In this document: positions 25,619 to 35,099 of the stretch, in pieces | Layout: each line of letters opens with the position of its first letter | How positions within the stretch are numbered: the first letter of the stretch is position 1 | Translations under genes and position numbers: made by a program | Assembly: GCA_011109175.1 (NCBI GenBank) | Contig: RDEW01000014.1 | Span: 372,001 to 436,000 of the forward strand | Direction: 5' to 3' | DNA from: Dicyema japonicum | Taxonomy: Eukaryota; Animalia; Dicyemida | DNA: 64,000 nucleotides | Notes under the pieces: model-generated | What the model was told of the DNA's origin: nothing | What the model saw: the letters and a program-made list of their open reading frames with translations, nothing else | Databases searched by the model: none

Positions 25619-25761
25619 ACAAATAGCACGCTTATAATTCACCTACTTCAAAATGCCAAAATCCCAAATTTCTCCAAATAAGGCATTAATAAATTAGGAA
25701 ATTTCCAAACTTACAAATAATCACGAATATAAACCTTAAATGAATATCTAAAGAATATTCA

Positions 25762-27363
25762 ATGGGTAATATTGTGTCAAATAGCAGATATTAACGACCA
25801 ATTCTTAAAATTGCACATTTCAGAGAAAATAAATAAGGGTACAATTGTCAAAGCCAATTTTCCTTACAATGCCATGCAACCAGATGATCTCACATTTAAA
25901 GAGGATGAAAGATTCGTTGTTGAGAGTCTAAGGTAGCTTTCAGATATAACTTTAGTCCTGATAAGCTCTGGATTATTGTCACCAGAGAAAGTACCGAAGA
26001 GAGGGGATATATTCCTGCAAATTTTGTTACCGTGGCAAGTGAATCTCCCATGGACGAGTAAACACATTAAAACTTAGATTTTAGTTATTTTATTGACTGT
26101 GATAGGATGGAGATCGAGATGAGACTGCTTTTTGCCAAAGAATGCTTACCTGGGACATTCGCTATTAGACCCTCTTCAGGCAGATTTGATTTGTTGATTT
26201 ATAGGTGGAGAACTATGTTTGTCCATAATGGGATCCAAGATGACTGTAAAACATTTTAAAATCCACACTAGCCCAAAAAATAGATATTTTATAAAGCCCA
26301 ACCACAAGTTTCCTTCCTTACAAAGTCTCATAAATAACTATAAAAGTAAATTTCCAAAAATTAAACTTAGATTGTTGCGAACTCGGTTGTCCCCTAAAGG
26401 AACCGCTTAAAACATGCGCTCCTGCAATTTGTTCGAGGAATCTGATAATTCCCTACAAGGAGTTTTCGGATCACAGGGGAATCGGCGAGGGCTATTTCGG
26501 GAAGGTTTATTACGGTAGATATGCTTAAATATCCAAAGCAAAATGGAAGAGTTCTCACGTGGCCTTAAAAATGATAAAACTGATAAATCAATAACGAAGA
26601 ATTCATAGAAGAAGCCAAAATACTTCACAGGTTGGATCACAAGAATCTAATCAAAATGCTTGGGCTAACCATTTGCGACAACAGCATAATTTTGGTGATG
26701 GAATACATGAAAAGTGGTCATCTCGGAGGCGTTCTGCGAAAGGATAAAGGGAAAAATATAAATATACGTATGCTCGCCCACGTGGCTAGTCAGGTTGGTT
26801 TTGAAATATAGTTATAGATTGCTAATGGAATGCACTATATTGCCCAACAAGAGCTAATTCATAGAGATTTGAGGGCTGACAACGTTCTTATTGATGATTC
26901 GTTCGTTTGTAAAATTGCCGACTTTGGACTTGCAAGAACGACTGATTTTAATTTTCATGAAATTCCAGGTTTTTGGTTTCTAAAATTTGAAGATTCCAAA
27001 TTTCCAATCAAATGGACTGCCATTGAAGCGACTAAACGGGGGAACTTCTCGTTGAGCTCAGACATTTGGTCTTACGGAGTCCTCCTTTGGGAATTAGTCA
27101 CGTTTGGAGAAGAACCATATAAGGGTTAAAGCTAAAATTTAAATATTAAAGGAATAAAGGGAAATGAAGTTATTGCTTGGTTATCCAATGGTAACAGGCT
27201 CGTAATACCAGATGACACTCCTTTTCCAATTCCTGATGACTGGTACTCCGAAATTATGCTTAAATGCTGGGACCATAATCCAAGCAATCGACCTCCCTTC
27301 AAAAGCATTGTTAAGTTTTTTAATAATTGGATGAAAAACTCTCCCACTATTTATTCATTATAA
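25762..27363 (+). CDS. Src-family non-receptor tyrosine kinase (SH3-SH2-kinase), about 9 mini-introns; apparent frameshift at about 26571-26595
   Basis: SH3 VKANFPYNA..DDLTF...W...GYIPANFV; SH2 GTFAIRPS...VKHFKI; kinase IGEGYFGKVY, VALK, HRDLRADN, DFGLA, KFPIKWTA, SDIWSYGVLLWELVTFG; C-terminal Tyr. Confidence 0.93.
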
Positions 27364-28479
27364 AATATTTTTTCCCAATAAAAGTTGTTTTGACTACCTT
27401 ATTATGCACTAGGGTTATATTTGATAGGGATTTTTGATACCTCCAGCGGTTTTTTAATTGCAGATTTTACGGAAAAATCGGTTGCGAAGCACATCCCCGT
27501 TCGATTCTCCATTAGGTTGAAAAATTGAGTAGATTCAATATTTTGTTTTGATAAATTTGACAAGATTTTGTACATCATGTTACATGGTGTTATTATTTTG
27601 CAAAACGCAACTAAAAAAGTAATCTTTTCGCCACTTTTGCAACACTTTGACAATTATTGCCTCAAGATCTCCATTGTAGACTCTGAAGTGCAGACTGTAA
27701 GGAATGAGGTCTAGGAGGAGCTCGCATAGTTCAAGGTAGTCCTGATATATTATTTGTAGATTATTCTGATGGTTTCCTTGTCCTAACCCAAGATAGATCC
27801 GGCCTCCACACTTATTCATGGCTCTTTTATATATGTTCTTATATATGTGCGGAAGGCGTTCATTTTTTTGTTTACATTTCCAACCACGTGATTCACGTGG
27901 AAGGAGAATGTAAGGTATTGGTCGTAGATTACTCACATGATTTTCAAGTGTTTTGAGACAGAGAAGACAGGTCAGGTATGCTACTCAGATGGAGGATGAA
28001 CAAAGACGGAGAGGGCAGAGTCCTGCGGGACTCCGTTTTGGGGTAACGGGCGCGGGATTTCTTTGGCATAATCAGGGTACGTCCCAGTCTACCAAAGAAA
28101 AATAATTTCAACCATCTCTATGAATTGAGGAATGCTCGATGCGGTTATCGTCGATAGAGGGCAGGACAGTAAGGAGTTGTGGTTTGTGATTATTGAATCT
28201 ATCTGCAGTTAACTTGGCTAGATGGGTTGAGGCCAAATGCTTGATGCAGATCCATTGAACCTCGGTTTCAGTCATTATCGACATATGAACTAAGTGCCTC
28301 TTCAATTTGTTCGCCCTCCGATCGTACGGAACAGCTTGTTTTGAAAATTCCCCTCCCAAATTTAGGATTTCAAAGCCCAAAAGTAAAATCACATCGCCCA
28401 GGTTGAGAACCACTGATATAGAGAAAGCACATACATTAAGTCAATGGAACAGCGTCACTCGTCAAGTCTAGATATGAAG

Positions 28480-28890
28480 AAGCTACAAGAAGTACAACAG
28501 ACGGATTACTGGAAAAATAAAGAAAACTCCTATACATTCTATCTTGTTCAATCCATTGAAGAGTCGGGTGTAAATACCTGGAATCATACCAATGGCTGAT
28601 CCATGGAAACAATTCCCTGAGATCTGAAGGAATACTATGATTTTTACAATGTATTTTTGAGCAGAATGATACAAGATAAAAACATTGGACAGTTTACCAT
28701 TTAGCAAGAAGATGCTAAAGAATGCTAAGCGCTTACCTACGTCGCCATAATGAGATAGTCAGATGCATACAATAATGAGTACACTCACTCTGTACAATTG
28801 ATGATTGTCTACGACCATCGCCACTGATACTAAAGTTGAGAACAAATTGGACATATTTGTATTCGATAAAATTAAGAATACAATAACTAT
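28480..28890 (+). mobile_element. R4/Dong-like RLE LINE fragment
   Basis: QWLIHGNNSLRSEG...MLSAYLRRHNEIVRCIH...NKLDIFVFDKIKNTITI. Confidence 0.7.
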
Positions 28891-28894
28891 TCGA

Positions 28895-29160
28895 TAATTA
28901 AGAGCCCGTTCTGCCGCTGAAAAGGCCGATAGGTTGAAACGGGAAAAGTACCTGGTCCTACCCAAAGATTTTTTGTTTGTTCCACTCGCCGTTGGGACGT
29001 CTGGTTCCCTTGTGCCTGCGACGCTGGAATTCTTGCGTCGTCTAGGGAATCGGATCACTACACGATCAGGAGACCCTCGTTAGCTCTGTTGGTTATTTGA
29101 GCGAATCTCCTCGCCATCCTAAGAGGGAATAGCCACGCAGTCAGGGCAGCCGCCATGTGA
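28895..29160 (+). mobile_element. CRE-like 3' fragment
   Basis: SAAEKADRLKREKY...FVPLAVGTSG...LRRLGNRIT..GDPR..WLFERIS..ILRGNSHAV. Confidence 0.85.
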
Positions 29161-29319
29161 ACATTATCACTACTGTGAGGAACACTTCGAAGTTGGTGAG
29201 AGGCAGAGCGATCTGGGCACCAAGTCTATTGATTTTATTGTCAATGTGTCCTTTTCCTGGCCAAATCCACTGGTGAGGATTATCCATTATGAATATTCCC
29301 CCGCCAAAGAATGAAGTGA

Positions 29320-29450
29320 TGTCCGCAACGGTAAGACGTGCGACGAAAATGTATGAGGGCGGACCTACTTCTCCACCTCTTTTCGGAAGGGAAGCCTGCA
29401 ATGGACTATTAGAGGATGGATTTTGTCGGCACAAGCAGACGTTCTCCCTG
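29320..29450. repeat. Interspersed repeat family C (opposite orientation)
   Basis: Reverse complement matches 58555-58655. Confidence 0.7.
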
Positions 29451-29599
29451 TCAAAACGTCCATAAGAAGGATGATTAGTTGGTCAACTCGTGGAAACTCA
29501 AGGACACAAATGTCTGATTTTTTTATTTAACCAAAAAACACCAATAGTTAATCTCGTTGAAATTAATTAGGTGATCTCGACAATCCCTGAAGAGCTTTC

Positions 29600-30420
29600 T
29601 CAACTTCTCCCGATGTTGGACTTTTGACCCAACACATTCACGGTATGGGCGGCGGACAGTGTTTCTTGAGAAAGCTAACTGGGGTGATGTGCTTCTGGAA
29701 ACTTGATACAGGACGGACTGTCGACGAGAGGTCCTGCTGGAGGGTTAATGTCAAGAAGCTCTTGCCGTTTTGCTCAATAAGGTGGTCAAAGGGACTGGGT
29801 GAAATGTTGTTCAGCTTTGCGATGTGCATTATGGTAGTCGCCGCTCGACATAGGGTGTTATCAACTTTAAGACGGTTGGTCCACGAAAGATTAATTCGCC
29901 ATGCTGCACAGGCGTAACTGATTGTTGGCTCGATGAATTGCTTATAGAGAATACCGAGAGCAGGGAATGGCTTTTTTATTCCACCAAATTTGGTTTTGAT
30001 TAAACCAATTTTTCTCTGACAAGTTCCAATGGTCTTTCAATATGGCAGAAAAACACATGTGCGTATCAAAAGTGACCCCCAGAATTATAGGGTTCTTCGT
30101 AAAAGGGATTTTTTCGTCGTCCAGAAGTAGATCCACGGTACATCTTCCGAGCCTTTTCTCCGAGGTAAATAGAGTGGTGGAGGATTTTTCGGGAGATATG
30201 TTCATCCGGTTTCGGTGTAGCCAAGTTTGAATTTGAAGCAAGAGTTCTTGTACTTTTTTTGAAGCATTCATGAGCTCTTTATCACGTAAAATAATGAGTA
30301 GGTCATCAGCATAGGTGAAAATTTTCGAGTCTTCCGGAAAGGCAGGAGACAAGGGGAGCATTGGGGAACTCCATTTAAAAGTAATCTTGAGACTGATCGA
30401 ATCCCATCCAATCATACACG
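29600..30420 (-). mobile_element. APE-type LINE ORF2 (RT C-terminal half)
   Basis: TYADDLLI...WLHRNRMNISPEKS...IPFTKNPIILGVTFD...ISYACAAW. Confidence 0.9.
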
Positions 30421-30545
30421 CCCTCTCCTTCCGCTGAGGAAATTAACTATTATTATATATTAACTATAACTTATCTTTAATTTGGTTTTAATAATAATTA
30501 ATATTTTAATAAAAATTTTGAATTAGTGATTATCTGGTCCGCGTG

Positions 30546-31005
30546 ATGGGTAAGAAAAAAAAGAAGCCGTTGAAGCCCTGGTGTTGGTATTGCGACAGGG
30601 AATTTGAAGGTGATAAAATTTTGGTTCAGCATCAAAAGGCCAAACACTTTAAATGTCACGTTTGCCACAAAAAGTTCAACACTGGTCCAGGATTGGTTAC
30701 CCATTGCCTACAGGTTTTCCTATCCTTGCTTACTAAAGGTCCACCACGAACGAATAGACAGAATCCCCAATGCTCTCCCAGGACGGACCAACACTGAACT
30801 TGAGATTTATGCGATGGAAGGAGTCCCCCAAGTAGACTTATTACAACATTTTACTCCTATTATTACTCCTCATCAACAGACTACCACTCTTTGTCATCCA
30901 CAAGGACAGCTCTCACTCGAGGAGATCATGGCCATCTCATATTCCAACAGCACTGTACATGCTCGGCCTGCGACTCTTTACAAGGAGAAACATTTTGAGT
31001 GTTAA
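30546..31005 (+). CDS. ZNF207: BUB3-interacting GLEBS zinc finger protein (BuGZ/ZNF207), about 144 aa; intron 30714-30738
   Basis: [50 protein letters not shown]|VH....IPNALPGR...EIYAMEGVP, then [10 protein letters not shown] (GLEBS-like). The 3' end is less certain. Confidence 0.92.
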
Positions 31006-31304
31006 TTTTATCTGGTTATATTGTGTTTTTTAATTTACTTGTAAAAGAGAGAATTGATCAGTTAATCAAGTGGTTAATTGGCCGGAAAGTTAAGGTAGTG
31101 GCGTGCTTTTATCGCGCAGAATATCTACTTAATCATGTGATGAATTAGTTACCTTGTCTTCCTTCGTGAGCATGGATGGGATGACGGACTCGGATGACCC
31201 GAGTGGTGCAGTGTAACGAGTTTCGGACAAGAGGTCTGATGACCCATAGTTCTAATCTCGTTTCTGTACATTCAGGCTGAAGGTTCCATGCATCTACGGT
31301 GCTT

Positions 31305-31500
31305 TGACTTGACGAGTGACGCCATTATTGGTGAACATTTCACTGCGGAACCTGATCGATCGCCTATAAAGACTCACGCAACAAAAAGTAAAAAGAAGTG
31401 AAGAGCATTCCTTGATTCTCCCTCTACGATTAGTTATACCCGTTTTTACTTAAATAAAGTGTGTCCTGCCTGAGCATAGTTTTAGCTAACATGGCTCTGT
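31305..31500 (+). mobile_element. SINE-like family A
   Basis: GACTTGACGAGTGACGCC...CTTAAATAAAGTGTGTCCTGCC...CATGGCTC. Confidence 0.85.
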
Positions 31501-31799
31501 GATGAGGAATTAGCAGGAGGAATATTATTTTTTCTAAAGCGCTACCATGACAAGTTAATTTAGTGGTTGAAATTGGGCTGTTGACGTAACTCGGTTGCAC
31601 TTTGACGAGAGACATCGGAATATGGACTAATGTTTGGGTTCAAATCGTGCCATGTGGAAATCAGAATAACTTAAAAACTGTCCATCTTGCGGAAGAATTT
31701 CTTAACTCGAATGCAGAAAGAAGTAAATACTTGACAACTAATTAATGTATTCTCGAATGTTCTTTAATTTGCTAAAGGTCATAAAAGTTTGATGAGGTT

Positions 31800-31970
31800 A
31801 ACAATTAGCCAAAAATCCTCTGTCAACGAGTTTACATAAATTCGAGGAGACATTTCTTGATCGCTGGCAGACCATTTAAGGAGAGTGCGGGAATTATTAG
31901 AAGCGAAGATCACTTCATTAGTTGTCTTTGACACCTTCTTTCTCGGTGATCATGGGGTTTCTTAAAAATG
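31800..31970 (+). mobile_element. LINE 3' end remnant
   Basis: GATCACT...TTTCTCGGTGATCATGGGGTTTCTTAAAAA. Confidence 0.6.
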
Positions 31971-32310
31971 CTTAAAATAGACAAATTTAGTACCATCGTA
32001 TCACCTTATTTTTGCACTACTGTAGATATTTAACACTTACTGAATCTCAAAATACCATTAAAAGCTAAGCTAAATTGTTTAAGAATTCATAATAGTGAAC
32101 TGTTGGCATGGCTAATCCCTCTGTATTGGCATGGATAAATTCATACATTAAACCAGTACGCCAACAGCAAAGTTATCAATGAGCAATCCTCCTACCGTCA
32201 AATTTCCTTTCTGTATTTCCTTGCAAGAATTCTTGAGAGACTAGTTCTCGAATGCATCCAAGAGTCAATCTCTACATCTTGTTTCCAGCATAGATGTTCA
32301 TCGCAACATA

Positions 32311-34156
32311 CAGTTTGCCCTCTGTTGCTCGCCATTTTTTTGGAAAAAATTCCAATTTTACTAAGGAAATTCCATTGCTCGCCACGTTTTAGTATTAAAA
32401 AATTAAAATTTATTATTAAAAAAATAATTTTTCAAATATCTATGCCGCGTGTCTTTTTTCGTAACATGAGGAAGTGTTTTAGATTATCTTATGATCAAAA
32501 AAAAGAAATCATAAATTATCTTATTGATATCTCTTCTCTAAGTTTAGGGCGTGTCTCATAATTTTTTCAACGCGTTTCAAAAAATCAATTTCGAGACGTG
32601 CAATAAACGACCCTAAATTGAATAGAGAAGATTCTTGAAATTAATCCAATTTATGGGACAAGTTCTCGTTTTTCGAAACTCAGATATTCATCAATTGATA
32701 CTGAATTCATTACCTGGATGGATTACATGGAATCAATATAAGATAATTTTATCAAAGCAACTGAATTTGCTGCATTAAATGGACTCTGAATTCAAATCCA
32801 GTAAAGGATGACTGGAAAAGTTTTAAAAAAGGCACAATGTAAAATTACGGAATTTTTCATGGTGAATTGGGATATACTGCGGATGAGTTTAAAATAGAAA
32901 TTGAAGACTTTAAAAAAATTATCTCTCAAAAATAAATGAATATGGTGCCGAAAATGTTTATAATGCTGACGAAACCGGTGCGTTTTACAAGACTATTCCT
33001 TCAAAAAGTGTATGCAGGAGACGCAGATCAGGACAGAAATTACTAAGATCGGTTAAAATTTTTTAGCTAATCTTCAGATTTTCATTAATGCTTTGCGCAA
33101 ATATGACTGGATCTGATAAAAGAACCCCATTGATGGTCGAAAGTATAGAAACCAAGGTGTTTCAAAAACATGAACGTTGATAAATATTTACAATACCACA
33201 ATTCTTCAAAGGCTTGGATGAAAATTCAAATTTTCAACGAATGGTTGTATAAATGGGACATGAATCTCAAACAAAAACAAAAAAGGATACTTTTGGTTGT
33301 AGACCAAAATAACAATCGAATTAAGTATGATAGAAGTTTTATATTTACCAAAAAACACGACGACTGTGCTTCAACCAATGGATCAAGGGATTATTAGATC
33401 ATTCAAATCCAATTTTAGCAAATTTAAATTTAAACATATAATGGAAAAAATAAATTATAGTGAAGAAAATATTGAATGTTGTAAAAAATTAACGCTAAGT
33501 CTTATTTTCTCACCTTCCTGGAAAAATGTGTCAGTGGATACAATATCAAAATGCTTCACCACGCCAAATGGGAAAAAAGCATTGAAGAGCTTGAACAAAT
33601 TAGGGAGACCAAAAAATAAAGAATTTTGAACAAATTATTGATAAATTAATGATCTCGGAACGCATTCAAGAAGAGAGTTTGTAGACTTTACGTACTCTGA
33701 GAATGACGAACTTCTTGAATTTCTTCAAAACAATGAAAATGATGATATTTCGGTATAAACAATTTAGACATAACAATTAGTGAAGATTGTGAAAAGAAAG
33801 AAAAATGTATTACACACAGAGAAGCTATAAAAGTGTTTTGGAACTCAAAGAATATTTTTCGCATTATGAAAAATTTGATTTAAATATGCTTGAAAGTTTA
33901 ATAAAAATTCAAAATAATATAGAAATCGATCATGCAAAAAACACTAAACAATTACTTTAATTAGAATCGTTTTTTTAATAAATATTTCAAATATTTATTT
34001 AAATGTTTATAGTCACTCAAATAGAGTATAAAAAATTATACAAAAAATTTTTTTAAATAGAAGATACGATATCGATTATTTCTATTACTCGCCAAATTCT
34101 CTTAGTCGCCAATTTTTGCTTGGTCTCAAAAATGGCGAGCAATAGAGGGTAAACTG
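32311..34156 (+). mobile_element. pogo/Tigger DNA transposon with TIRs and TA duplication, inserted in a LINE remnant
   Basis: TA|CAGTTTGCCCTCTGTTGCTCGCCATTT ... AAATGGCGAGCAATAGAGGGTAAACTG|TA. CENP-B-type HTH RLSYDQKKEI, NADETG.FYK.IPSKSVC, MLCANMTGSDK, SKAWM, LPKNTT..LQPMDQGII. Confidence 0.93.
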
Positions 34157-34774
34157 TATAGCTCTCTAACTTCCTAAACGCAAGACGTGGATGAGTTATC
34201 CCCAATAGCATAAATTTAAGACACACTTCCTGTCCAATTAAGTTCCCCAAGGTTCTCCACTTTCGTTAAGACTCTTGAACCTGCACATGACACAAAAAAT
34301 TCAATCCTGCTCTCATAGGCTGATGATATCGTCCTCTCTGCCAGAGATATAAATTATGGAGTAGCCACGAAAGTCGTATAAGAAACCCTGTACATTCTAC
34401 ATTCCATTACGACTCGATGTATTCACAGCCTAAAGTCCTCAAAGGCATTGCAACATCAAGCCAAGCATCCTCCTTAACAACAGGATTATTCCCGTCAATA
34501 CCACAGTAAATATTCTTGGAGTCATATTCGACTAAGAAAACCGGATGACAGCAGTTTGAAGAAAATGGGAGTTCTAAAGATCATCTCAAAAACTCATGGA
34601 AATTGGATGCCTCTCAACCATTTACCTCCAGTTTGTCCAGCCAGTACTTATCTAAGCAAGTGTATTGTAATCGATGGCCATTTTCTATTCTTCCCTGCAT
34701 GAGTTATACACAATCCAGTAAGCCACAAGCGGATTCACCAGTCCTAATTACGAGTCTATGCTTTGCTTTGGCTT

Positions 34775-34990
34775 GAGGAGTGAGGCCGTCATCAGTGAAC
34801 ACCTCACTGGGGAACCGGATTGTCTACAAAAGGACTCGCATGCAAAAATAGAAAAAAGGAAGTAAAGAGCATTCTTTGGTTCTTTCTCCCTCCGCGATTA
34901 GTTATAACTGTTCTTTACTCAAAATAAAGTGTGTCTCTTGCCTGGAGGAGCTATTTCTATATGGCTATTCTTAAAGTGCAGCATTATTAT
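34775..34990 (+). mobile_element. SINE-like family A
   Basis: GGCTTGAGGAGTGAGGCCGTCATCAGTG...ATGGCTATTCTTAAAGTGCAGCATTATTAT. Confidence 0.85.
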
Positions 34991-35099
34991 GCTTTTTGAA
35001 GCACTTCTACTCGAACGACAACGAAAATTCCTAAGGAAACCCAACCTTCAAGACAGTCTTCTCTAGCATATCCTTAGATACCTTAAAACTCCCAAATAT

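Noticed and set aside
27870-27903. Helitron 3' end at the palindrome ending the duplicated segment
   Set aside because: No CTRR after the hairpin and no 5' TC or A/T insertion site.
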